In this document: piece by piece, positions 6,515-14,812 of the stretch
Position numbering within the stretch: the first letter of the stretch is position 1
Layout: each line of letters begins with the position of its first letter
Virus record (IMG/VR): IMGVR_UViG_3300025673_000013
Coordinates: 1-28,075 of that record
DNA from: a virus
Taxonomy: Duplodnaviria > Caudoviricetes
Length of the DNA stretch: 28,075 bases
Direction: 5' to 3' (one strand)
Made by a program: the position numbers and the translations under genes
Notes under the pieces: model-generated
Told to the model about the DNA's origin: nothing
Database searches by the model: none
Seen by the model: only the letters and a program-made list of their open reading frames with translations

Positions 6515-7828
6515 ATGAACCAAGTAGAAATACCGTACCACCCAAGACCTCTTCAGAGGCATCTCCACGATAGCGTCCGTAGATGGACAGTAGTTGTAGC
6601 CCACAGACGGTTTGGCAAGACATTCTGGGCAATTAATCACCTGCTCCGTGACGCCTTGACGATGCGTAAGAAAAACGTGCGTCTAGCCTACATAGCCCCC
6701 ACGTACCGACAAGCCAAGGTGATCGCATGGGACATCTTGAAGAATATGTCCCGTGTCATCCCAGACATCGCGGTCAACGAAACGGAACTCCGCATAGATT
6801 ACCCAACTGGGGCTAGGATTCGGTTATATGGCGCAGGGGATGACCCCGATGCACTCCGTGGTCAGTACTTCCACGGGGTCGTGATGGACGAGTATGCTCA
6901 GATGCCAGCAAATCTCTTTGGGGAGATTTTGAGACCCGCCTTATCTGATAAGAAAGGCTATGCCATCTGGATCGGGACTCCTATGGGACAGGATGCTTTC
7001 CACGATCTGTACCAGCAAGCCAAGATCAAAGAAGAGGCCGACCCCAAGTCCCCGTGGATGACAGCGTTATTCCGCGCCTCTGAGACTAATGTCATCGATC
7101 CTGACGAACTCTTGGACGCTAAGGACATCATGACCGATGCGGAGTACAACCAAGAGTACGAATGCTCTTTCCAAGCGGCAATTGAAGGGAGTTACTACGG
7201 GTCTTTCATGGACAGGGCAGAGAACGAAGGCAGGTTAATATCAGTACCTCATGACCCCATGCTACCCGTCCACACAGCTTGGGATTTAGGAATTTCGGAT
7301 TCCACCTGCATACTAATGTATCAGGTTGCTGGGAACGAAATACGCATCATAGATGTGTACGAAATGGACGGGGAGGGGCTGGCTCACTACATCTCTTACT
7401 TATCCACGAAACCCTACACTTGGGGCAGTCACACAGCCCCCCATGACATACAGGTCAGGGAGTTAGGGACAGGGAGATCGCGTCTGGAACAGGCCGCCTC
7501 GCTGGGCATTAACTTCCAAATAGCCCCACAGATTGGCGTCCAAGATGGCATCAACGCAGTGAGAACTATCTTTCCACGTATCTGGATAGACAAGGTGAAC
7601 TGTAAGTTAGTTGTCGAGGCTCTTCGGAATTACCGCAGGGAGAAGAACAAGAGGACAGGGGAGTTCAAACCAAGACCACTCCACGATTGGAGTTCTCATA
7701 TTTGTGACGCTGTACGCTACATGGCCGTCAATTTCAACGAGCAGTCCAAGCTTATCCACGCAGGTAGGGAGAGGAAGAAGATGTCCCAATCCCAGTGGAT
7801 GTCTGGTGACTCTACAGCGGGGTACTAA
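6515..7828 (+). CDS. terL: terminase large subunit
   Basis: Walker A-like AHRRFGKT, Walker B VVMDE, coupling motif GTP, nuclease motifs AWDLG...D and HICDAVRY. Confidence 0.97.
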   Translation: MNQVEIPYHPRPLQRHLHDSVRRWTVVVAHRRFGKTFWAINHLLRDALTMRKKNVRLAYIAPTYRQAKVIAWDILKNMSRVIPDIAVNETELRIDYPTGARIRLYGAGDDPDALRGQYFHGVVMDEYAQMPANLFGEILRPALSDKKGYAIWIGTPMGQDAFHDLYQQAKIKEEADPKSPWMTALFRASETNVIDPDELLDAKDIMTDAEYNQEYECSFQAAIEGSYYGSFMDRAENEGRLISVPHDPMLPVHTAWDLGISDSTCILMYQVAGNEIRIIDVYEMDGEGLAHYISYLSTKPYTWGSHTAPHDIQVRELGTGRSRLEQAASLGINFQIAPQIGVQDGINAVRTIFPRIWIDKVNCKLVVEALRNYRREKNKRTGEFKPRPLHDWSSHICDAVRYMAVNFNEQSKLIHAGRERKKMSQSQWMSGDSTAGY

Positions 7829-8200
7829 ATGGCACGAAGATCATCAATACCCGTGGTCGTGGAAGACCGCATATACGAGTGGGTTAACTGGGAGAGGTCT
7901 ATGTTGGAAACCTCTGCAATTGGATACCCCCACGAAACCATGGAGTCCAAGCTATCCCGTGGGATAGCCACGGAGTCTGGCCCCTCATCGTCACGCACCC
8001 CTGAAGTCTTAGTACCACGACATCTCCAAGTCATCGATCACGTAATGACAAGGATGCCACCTAAGTTACAGGCCGCACTTATAGCCCACTACTCCTTAGA
8101 CCCACGGGCCAAGGTCAGTAAGCACCACCTGACCAAGGCTCAGTACTGGTTATTAGGGGCATTAGAACACGCAGTCACTGAGGTTAATACTAGAGTGTAA
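7829..8200 (+). CDS. putative antitermination protein Q-like regulator
   Basis: WxxW...IGYP N-terminus, IDxxxxxMPxxxxxxLxxHY core and LxxAxxWLxGxL end resemble lambdoid Q-like proteins. Lies upstream of a promoter-terminator pair. Confidence 0.55.
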   Translation: MARRSSIPVVVEDRIYEWVNWERSMLETSAIGYPHETMESKLSRGIATESGPSSSRTPEVLVPRHLQVIDHVMTRMPPKLQAALIAHYSLDPRAKVSKHHLTKAQYWLLGALEHAVTEVNTRV

Positions 8201-8204
8201 ACTA

Positions 8205-8233
8205 TTAGCTATTGTATAAGCAATAGCTATAAT
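8205..8233 (+). promoter_or_regulatory. putative promoter of the HNH gene, embedded in an inverted repeat
   Basis: TATAAT at 8228-8233, weak -35 TTAGCT at 17-bp spacing. Dyad TAGCTATTG/CAATAGCTA. Confidence 0.5.
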
Positions 8234-8236
8234 AGT

Positions 8237-8298
8237 AGTGTGGCTAGGATACAAGCGCATCCGAACCGAGCAATCCCACCCACTGCTCTTGCCACACT
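8237..8298 (+). ncRNA. predicted three-way-junction leader RNA
   Basis: P1 AGTGTGGC/GCCACACT, P2 GGAT/ATCC, P3 GAGCA/TGCTC, followed by TTTT. Confidence 0.45.
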
Positions 8299-8322
8299 TT
8301 TTAACTACCTGTGCGTGAGAAT

Positions 8323-8853
8323 ATGTCAGCCACTTCCCCAAAGAAATTAACCCTAACCGATGTTCTACGGCTCCCCATCCAGTGGGACGATACCTTGTCA
8401 GAATTTGTCTGGTCTAGGGATGTAGCTAGACGGTGTAAAAAGGGGGATGTGGTTGGGGGCATTTGCACAAAGACGGGTTATCGAAGTATGAGATACCAAG
8501 GTAAATCTCACTATATTCATAGATTAGCCTACGTGTGGCACACAGGGCAGACATTGACTAGGTGTATTGACCACATAAATGGTGACCGTAGTGATAACAG
8601 ACGAGAGAATTTACGTCAGGTAACTTACACGGTTAATAACCAGAATAAGCGAAGGTACACAAACAACACTACGGGCGTCACAGGGGTACGGATGATGCCC
8701 ACGGGGAGGTTCAACTCCTTCATTTGGAAGAACGGAAGAAGATTACACATAGGATGCCACGACACTTTAGAGGAGGCATCCAGAGCAAGGCGCGGGGCGG
8801 AGATAGATTTGGGCTACCACGCTAATCATGGGAATGTGATGATTCCGACATAA
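8323..8853 (+). CDS. HNH homing endonuclease with AP2-like C-terminal domain
   Basis: HRLAY...IDHINGDRSDNRRENLRQV...NNQN HNH motif, then NNTTGVTGV...HIGCHDTLEEASRARRGAE. Start is ATG 8323 or GTG 8311. Confidence 0.92.
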   Translation: MSATSPKKLTLTDVLRLPIQWDDTLSEFVWSRDVARRCKKGDVVGGICTKTGYRSMRYQGKSHYIHRLAYVWHTGQTLTRCIDHINGDRSDNRRENLRQVTYTVNNQNKRRYTNNTTGVTGVRMMPTGRFNSFIWKNGRRLHIGCHDTLEEASRARRGAEIDLGYHANHGNVMIPT

Positions 8854-8863
8854 GAGCAAATGC

Positions 8864-8892
8864 TTGCAATTAATCGTTTTTATTGCTATAAT
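8864..8892 (+). promoter_or_regulatory. strong sigma70 promoter, candidate late promoter (pR'-like)
   Basis: TTGCAA (8864-8869), 17 bp, TATAAT (8887-8892), with an extended -10 TG at 8884-8885. Confidence 0.75.
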
Positions 8893-8940
8893 ATTACTCA
8901 TACTGGTGGTTTTTAACTCTCCGTTTACCCACTTGTTGTT

Positions 8941-8979
8941 ACCCCCTACCTGCCCCTCAAAACAGTTAGGGGGTTTTTT
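8941..8979 (+). terminator. intrinsic terminator in the late leader (tR'-like)
   Basis: ACCCCCTA...TAGGGGGT stem with inner CTG/CAG pairs, then a T-run, just before terS. Confidence 0.7.
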
Positions 8980-8996
8980 ATACCCAGAGAGAATAT

Positions 8997-9425
8997 ATGA
9001 CTGACGTTGACCTTGAAGCAATCGTTGACCTCGACATAGAGACAGACGAGTTACCCGTAGAAATGACGCGGGCAACAACGCCCCGCAAGCCCAAGCGTAA
9101 GAAGACCGCTGGGTCTGGTCGCAAGAAGGGTACTAAGAATAAAGATAAAGCGTTCGGTGAGAGGTACATAGCCGATGCCTTGACTACTGTGGGGTGTTGT
9201 CCTCTCAGGTCTTTAGTCCGTGTGGGCAGAAAGGCCGAGAAGCAAGGACAGTACTCCTCCGCGATCAAGGCGTATAGCGACATCTTGGGCTACATCCAAG
9301 CAAAACCCCGCGCACCTCTTGTGGCGATTGAATCTAAAGGGAACTTAGTATTCAAGTGGCAAGACGAGGCTGAGACTAAAGAAGAGAATTTTATAATAGA
9401 CCAGACATCTGGTGACAGGGAATAG
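8997..9425 (+). CDS. terS: terminase small subunit (putative)
   Basis: KKTAGSGRKKGTKNK basic motif, helical core ending ILGYIQAKPR, directly upstream of the portal. Confidence 0.7.
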   Translation: MTDVDLEAIVDLDIETDELPVEMTRATTPRKPKRKKTAGSGRKKGTKNKDKAFGERYIADALTTVGCCPLRSLVRVGRKAEKQGQYSSAIKAYSDILGYIQAKPRAPLVAIESKGNLVFKWQDEAETKEENFIIDQTSGDRE

Positions 9426-9427
9426 TA

Positions 9428-11617
9428 ATGGAAGAAGAGTTGAACCAGATTATAGACGATGAGTTCGATAATCTACCAGACATGGAAGACCTAGAAGACC
9501 CTGCGGTGGAGGATATTGACGCTCTATTAGATGGTGACCGAGAGATGTCAGAGAGGTTATCCGCGCTAGGGGTCAGCTTACAGTTGAAGGCCGATGAGTC
9601 AGTTGCCCAACGCGCTGAGATCGAAGGTAACTGGATGGATGATCTCAAGCAGTTCAACGGGGAGTATTCCGATGTTGAGAAGTCCAGACTCAAAGCATCT
9701 GGGGGTTCAATGTTGTTCGCCAACATTACCCGTCCTAAAGTCAACGCGGCTGAGGCGAGAATAAGCGACATCTTATTTCCCACGGACGATAGGAACTGGG
9801 ACATAAGACCGACCCCAGTACCTGAGTTACAAGACTTTCAAGAATCTGAAACCCCAGTGGGTATGACGCCAGAGGGCAATGAGGTTCAAGAACGTGACGT
9901 TGCCGCAGGTCTTGTTGAAGAGGCCACCGTCAGAGCAAAGAAGATGAAAGACGAGATGGACGATCAGCTTATCGAGGCTAATTGGGCATCTGTCTGTAGA
10001 GAGATTATCCACGATGCCGTGCTGACGGGAACGGGCGTCTTGAAGGGAGTGACTGTCTATGACAGGGTCTCTAAGAGATGGAACTCAATCCAAGATGAGG
10101 GTGGTAACACCGCTAGGGTTTTGGAAATGACCATGGACAAGCGACCAACGTGTGAGCGTGTCGACCCATGGGATTTCTTTCCCGATATGTCGGCTAGGAA
10201 GATTGATGAGGCTGAATTTGTACTTCAACGCCATGTCATGTCGCGCAAAGATTTACGTGGCCTTGCCAAGCAAGAGGGTTACTTGGCGGGTCAGATCAAC
10301 GACATCTTGATGGGGGAGGGTGAAGAGACGCCAACCGCTACACATCTTGAAGAGATGCGGAGCATGGCGGGCATATCACTATCTAAACCAACTCGTTACG
10401 AGGTTTGGGAATACCACGGTGAACTTGACAAGAAAGACCTTGAGGCTTGTGGCTGTGATGTTGACACGGAAGATGAGTTAGACGTTGTCAGTGGCGTAGT
10501 GTGGTTTGTTGACGGCAAGGTCATCAGGGCAACTGTGAACATACTAGACACCGAGGATATGCCTTATTCCGTGTTTACATGGGAGCAATCAGGAACGTCC
10601 ATCTTTGGTATAGGTGTTCCACGATTAATGAATAACAGTCAGAGGGCAATGAATGCCAGTTGGCGAATGGCAATGGACAACGCGGGACTGTCCACTGCAC
10701 CACAGATTGTCATCAACGAGGGTTCGGTTGAGCCAGTTGATGGGGATTGGGCAATACGCCCAAGAAAGATTTGGAGGGCAAAGGGGTTGACAGCGAATGT
10801 TCAACAAGCCTTTGGCACGTTTGAGATTAACGGGCATCTACAGGAGTTGCTTGCCTTGTTTAATGTTGCGCGTGAACTAGCCGATGAAGAGGCTGGGTTA
10901 CCTTCAGTAGCACAGGGAGAGGCGGGCGCACAGCCTGTCAACACTGCGACAGGGATGTCCATTCTTATGAATTCCGCAAACACTGTTTTGCGGAGAGCAA
11001 TCAAAGCTTGGGATGACGGTATAACCTTACCGTTCATCCAACGCTTATATGATTGGAATATGCAGTTCTCTGAGAACGAAGAGGCTAAGGGGGACATGAA
11101 GATTCATGCCCGTGGCTCTTCTCATCTAATCGTCAAGGAGATGCAAGCACAGAATGCTATGGCGTTGATCAACATAGCTGGAAGTCCTTTGCTCCAACCT
11201 CTGACTGACGTACCCGCACTTTATAGACGGGTAGTTACATCCATGCAGATCGATCCAAACGAAGTGGTCAAGACGGACGCTGAGATTGAGCAAGAAATGC
11301 AGATGCAACAGCAGATGATGCAACAACAACAGCAACCTCCTGTTGATCCACTAGGGCAAGCACATCTTGAGTTGAAACAGCAACAGATTCAGCAAGATGG
11401 TCAGTTGAAGCAAGCCCAGTTACAACAAGACGGTCAGGTTGCAATGGCTAAGTTACAGCAAGCTGACATGGCGTCACAAAGAGCCTCTGAGGCAAAAGCA
11501 CTAGGGGAGAACTACCGTGGCGAAGTGGCTGATAAGAAGATTGGTGTCGATATGATGCGGGAAAATAACCGCAGATTAGAGATGGCAATGAAAGAGAAAA
11601 TGGGTAGTGGCATCTAA
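9428..11617 (+). CDS. portal protein (P22-like podovirus type)
   Basis: 729 aa. NITRPKV, GTGVLK, VDPWDFFPD, FGIGV, TATGMSILM motifs and a Gln-rich C-terminal barrel. Confidence 0.92.
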   Translation: MEEELNQIIDDEFDNLPDMEDLEDPAVEDIDALLDGDREMSERLSALGVSLQLKADESVAQRAEIEGNWMDDLKQFNGEYSDVEKSRLKASGGSMLFANITRPKVNAAEARISDILFPTDDRNWDIRPTPVPELQDFQESETPVGMTPEGNEVQERDVAAGLVEEATVRAKKMKDEMDDQLIEANWASVCREIIHDAVLTGTGVLKGVTVYDRVSKRWNSIQDEGGNTARVLEMTMDKRPTCERVDPWDFFPDMSARKIDEAEFVLQRHVMSRKDLRGLAKQEGYLAGQINDILMGEGEETPTATHLEEMRSMAGISLSKPTRYEVWEYHGELDKKDLEACGCDVDTEDELDVVSGVVWFVDGKVIRATVNILDTEDMPYSVFTWEQSGTSIFGIGVPRLMNNSQRAMNASWRMAMDNAGLSTAPQIVINEGSVEPVDGDWAIRPRKIWRAKGLTANVQQAFGTFEINGHLQELLALFNVARELADEEAGLPSVAQGEAGAQPVNTATGMSILMNSANTVLRRAIKAWDDGITLPFIQRLYDWNMQFSENEEAKGDMKIHARGSSHLIVKEMQAQNAMALINIAGSPLLQPLTDVPALYRRVVTSMQIDPNEVVKTDAEIEQEMQMQQQMMQQQQQPPVDPLGQAHLELKQQQIQQDGQLKQAQLQQDGQVAMAKLQQADMASQRASEAKALGENYRGEVADKKIGVDMMRENNRRLEMAMKEKMGSGI

Positions 11618-11832
11618 TGGAGATTGATCCACGGTCACCCACATGGTTTGCAGTCAAGGATTTCTGCATCAAGGAATTAGATACCGCTACTTCTGCTTTA
11701 GAGTCGGCATCTATGAGCCACGAAGAGACTCAGTTTACCCGTGGTTATATTAAAGCATTTAGGGAACTTTCAAAACTACCGATGGACTCTCAGTCTGGAA
11801 TCCGGAGTGTTGGAAGTGTTGATTATGGATAA
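11617..11832 (+). CDS. small conserved protein between portal and scaffold
   Basis: SPTWxxV...TQFTRGYIKAFREL pattern typical of this locus. TAATG coupling. Confidence 0.8.
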   Translation: MEIDPRSPTWFAVKDFCIKELDTATSALESASMSHEETQFTRGYIKAFRELSKLPMDSQSGIRSVGSVDYG

Positions 11833-11869
11833 ATAGCCGCTTTAAACAGCCGCTACACAAGGAAGTGTT

Positions 11870-12790
11870 ATGGAACTAAAGGAAGGTCAGGTTGACGAGG
11901 CAGAATTAGACGCCATTTTTAATGAGGATTCTGAGGATAAAGTTGAGGCTGTCACAGAGGTGACCGCTGAAGCAGAGACTTCAGAGGATGTCGTTGAAGA
12001 GGTGTCTACAGAGATTGTTGCTGATAGTGCCGAGAAAGAAAGTGTTGAGGTTGTTGAAGAAACTTCAGACCCATCAAGTGAGTTTGATGCGTTAAAGAAG
12101 GATTTCGATGCTCTTAATCACAGGTATAAATCGGACGAAGGCAGAGTGTCTGCTCTACAGCGTCAAATAAATGAACTTCAGAAAGTTAATAACACGCTGA
12201 AGGCGCGTCAGGTTGCACCTAGACCTGTTGCCAAACCGTCTCGACTAGACTCTGGAAAGATCGTGGACGATCTTTACTCTGGAGATGAAGAGAAGGCAAA
12301 AGCCGCAGTTGAGGCTCTAGTGAGTCATAGACCAGCGGCAGTCGGAAATGGAAATGTAGAACAAACTGTAAATAAGATGGTGCAACCCCTTTTTGATGCT
12401 GAAAAAGCGAGAGTGAAGGCTCAACAAGAAAAGGTGTTAGCGGATACTTATCCAGATTGGAGAGATCAAGTTAACTCAGAAGAATTTTCTTCTTGGGTTT
12501 CTGGTCTTGCCGCACCCATCCGACAACTAGTTAACTCAGACGATGCACGGGATGCAATACAACTTCTACAGTACTTTAACAGTTCTAGAAGTGTAAGCAC
12601 CCCCGTGGGCTCTGGGAAATCAGAGGTCGAGAAACTCAAGGAAAAACGAGGAAAGCAATTATCAGGGGGAACTGCGCCTTCATCGAAACACAACGCGAGT
12701 GTTTCTGGTGGTATGCCTAGTGATCCAGACGCTCTTTTCGATTACCTTGAACGAAATGACCCTGACTTAAAAACAGCGTATGGACGTTAA
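11870..12790 (+). CDS. capsid scaffolding protein (putative)
   Basis: Acidic N-terminus, coiled coil, YPDW...SEEFSSW motif, position immediately before the capsid gene. Confidence 0.8.
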   Translation: MELKEGQVDEAELDAIFNEDSEDKVEAVTEVTAEAETSEDVVEEVSTEIVADSAEKESVEVVEETSDPSSEFDALKKDFDALNHRYKSDEGRVSALQRQINELQKVNNTLKARQVAPRPVAKPSRLDSGKIVDDLYSGDEEKAKAAVEALVSHRPAAVGNGNVEQTVNKMVQPLFDAEKARVKAQQEKVLADTYPDWRDQVNSEEFSSWVSGLAAPIRQLVNSDDARDAIQLLQYFNSSRSVSTPVGSGKSEVEKLKEKRGKQLSGGTAPSSKHNASVSGGMPSDPDALFDYLERNDPDLKTAYGR

Positions 12791-12818
12791 TTAATTTTTT
12801 GAATAAGGACATTTAAAA

Positions 12819-13802
12819 ATGGCTAATACTGAATATGGGGATATCACCCCACGTACTGCGGCATTCGCAGAAAGAGAGTTACTGAAGCGGGCATTGCCTC
12901 ATTTGGTAATTGAGAAGTTTGGACAGGCGAAACCTATCCCGACTAAATCGTCAAAGACTATTAAGTTTCGTAGATACGATAACTTAGCTTTGGCAACAAC
13001 AGCATTGACAGAGGGTGTTACACCTAGTTCTAAGCAACTATCTGCAACTGATGTCACTGCGACATTGGCACAGTATGGCGATCTGGTTACTATCACAGAC
13101 GTTGTACAGGACACTCATGAAGACCCTGTTCTACAGGAGTCGGTTGAGATTTTGGGAGAACAGGCCGCACAAACAATTGAAACTTTACGTTTCAATGTTT
13201 TGAAAGCGGGTTCTTCTGTCCGTTACAACAACGGGTCAGCTAGAAGTTCTGTGAATACTGCTATAACGCTTGAGCAACAACGCAAAGTCACCCGTGACTT
13301 GAAACGTCAGAACGCTCGACCAATCTCTAAGATTGTACGTTCTACGCCAAGCTATGGAACTCAGGCTGTCGCACCTTCTTTTATCGCACTAGTTCATCCT
13401 GACATGGAATCAGATATCCGAACTATGACAGGGTTTACACCTACTGAGAAGTATGGACAGTTAACCCCGTATGACTCTGAGATCGGCAAGGTCGAAGATG
13501 TTCGCTACCTAACCTCTACCGTGTTTACTCCATGGACAGACGCAGGTGGTGCTAAAGGTACTATGATTTCAACTACGGGTACATCTGCTGATGTTTATCC
13601 TGTGCTGTTCTTAGCGCGTGATGCATACGGCCTGATTCCGCTAAAAGGAAGAAGTTCAATCACCCCATCTGTAGTTAACCCATCACCAAGTGAGTCTGAC
13701 CCTCTAGGTCAACGTGGTCACATTGGTTGGAAAAGCTACTCTGCCACTGTTATTTTAAACGATGCCTACATGGTGCGTTTAGAGTGCGGTGTAACTGACT
13801 AG
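12819..13802 (+). CDS. major capsid protein, N4-gp56 family
   Basis: TIKFRRY, LTEGVTP, QYGD, EIGKVEDVRY and SDPLGQRGHIGWK motifs. Confidence 0.93.
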   Translation: MANTEYGDITPRTAAFAERELLKRALPHLVIEKFGQAKPIPTKSSKTIKFRRYDNLALATTALTEGVTPSSKQLSATDVTATLAQYGDLVTITDVVQDTHEDPVLQESVEILGEQAAQTIETLRFNVLKAGSSVRYNNGSARSSVNTAITLEQQRKVTRDLKRQNARPISKIVRSTPSYGTQAVAPSFIALVHPDMESDIRTMTGFTPTEKYGQLTPYDSEIGKVEDVRYLTSTVFTPWTDAGGAKGTMISTTGTSADVYPVLFLARDAYGLIPLKGRSSITPSVVNPSPSESDPLGQRGHIGWKSYSATVILNDAYMVRLECGVTD

Positions 13803-13824
13803 TAGTCAGTATCAAGTAGGTATT

Positions 13825-13855
13825 AGAGCCACCCTCGTTGGTGGCTCTTTTATTT
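13825..13855 (+). terminator. intrinsic terminator after the capsid gene
   Basis: AGAGCCACC-CTCGTT-GGTGGCTCT followed by TTTATTT. Confidence 0.9.
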
Positions 13856-13882
13856 GTTTATTCATTTTAAGAAAGGATTCTC

Positions 13883-14152
13883 ATGGAAACTAAAAAACCT
13901 CTAGTTAAAGAAAGAGCCGAAAGGTCTAGACGTTCAAAAGTTATTTTTCATAACACACAAGAAGACACAGGGGACGTATTTGCCCAGATTAACGGTGTCG
14001 CATACCAGATTCAGCGGGAGAAGGAAGTGAACCTTCCCAGCGAAGTTCTAGCCACGCTAGACAATTGCATCATAACGAAGTTTGAGCGGGGGGCAGATGG
14101 TTCTGAGATTGAACGTGACATCAAACGCTTTCCATATACAAAGGTAGCATAA
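13883..14152 (+). CDS. hypothetical virion-module protein (89 aa)
   Basis: AAGGA RBS. VFAQINGVAYQIQRE...RFPY pattern often follows this capsid type. Confidence 0.8.
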   Translation: METKKPLVKERAERSRRSKVIFHNTQEDTGDVFAQINGVAYQIQREKEVNLPSEVLATLDNCIITKFERGADGSEIERDIKRFPYTKVA

Positions 14153-14812
14153 ATGAATTATCTCAACCTATGTGACACACTCATTAAAGAGGCTGGACTT
14201 GCGGAAGAGGGGATACTTTCCGTTACAGGACAGACGGGAATTAAGAAGAAGATAGTGACATGGGTAGCTAACGCATGGGTTGAGATTCAGAATAAGCGAG
14301 ATTGGAATTTTCTCTGGGCTGAGTCGAGTTTTGCAACGGTTGTTGATAAGCAATCACACCATCCTGTAGATGACTTAGCCTTAGACCCAGTGTTGAGAAG
14401 GTGGAGTCCTTACTCATTAATCCACTCCACACCAACAGGAGATAATAAGTTTTATTTGAAGCATGTCCTCTGGGAGAATTTCGACAACACCTTGTCTAGT
14501 GCAGGGACTCCCACGCAATTCACAATTCGTCCAGACAATAGTCTTAAATTTAATAGTGTCCCTGACGTTATTGGGAAGGTGAGTTTTGAATACACCAGAA
14601 CCCCGCAAGTCTTATCTGTGGGTACTGACATTCCAATATTACCAATCGCCCACACGGAGGTTATCTTGTACCAAGCAATGCTGTACCTTGCCGCAGAGCA
14701 AGATGCCCCAGAATTATATCAAGATGCAAGTAGGCAATTGGCTACACGAATGGCAGATTTAGCCGCTGAGTCTATACCAAATCCTTCGGTTGCCAATGTT
14801 CCTCTAGCATGA
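14153..14812 (+). CDS. head-tail adaptor / tail tubular protein A-like
   Basis: MNYLNLC...WNFLW...GTPTQF...PIAHTEVILYQAM pattern, size and position. Confidence 0.75.
   Translation: MNYLNLCDTLIKEAGLAEEGILSVTGQTGIKKKIVTWVANAWVEIQNKRDWNFLWAESSFATVVDKQSHHPVDDLALDPVLRRWSPYSLIHSTPTGDNKFYLKHVLWENFDNTLSSAGTPTQFTIRPDNSLKFNSVPDVIGKVSFEYTRTPQVLSVGTDIPILPIAHTEVILYQAMLYLAAEQDAPELYQDASRQLATRMADLAAESIPNPSVANVPLA

Noticed and set aside
6354-6632. 92-aa minus-strand ORF overlapping the terL start
   Set aside because: Antisense to terL, crosses GC hairpins and G-runs, no RBS or recognisable motif.
8237-8298. Self-cleaving ribozyme or tRNA
   Set aside because: No hammerhead CUGAUGA/GAAA core, no twister pseudoknot pattern, no tRNA T-loop or cloverleaf.
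11290-11470. Poly-Gln tract in the portal
   Set aside because: Gln-rich C-terminal barrels are ordinary in P22-like portals.
13794-13810. Small hairpin ACTGACT-AGT-AGTCAGT over the capsid stop codon as a read-through or frameshift signal
   Set aside because: Tandem TAG TAG stops, no slippery heptamer, and a strong terminator follows.
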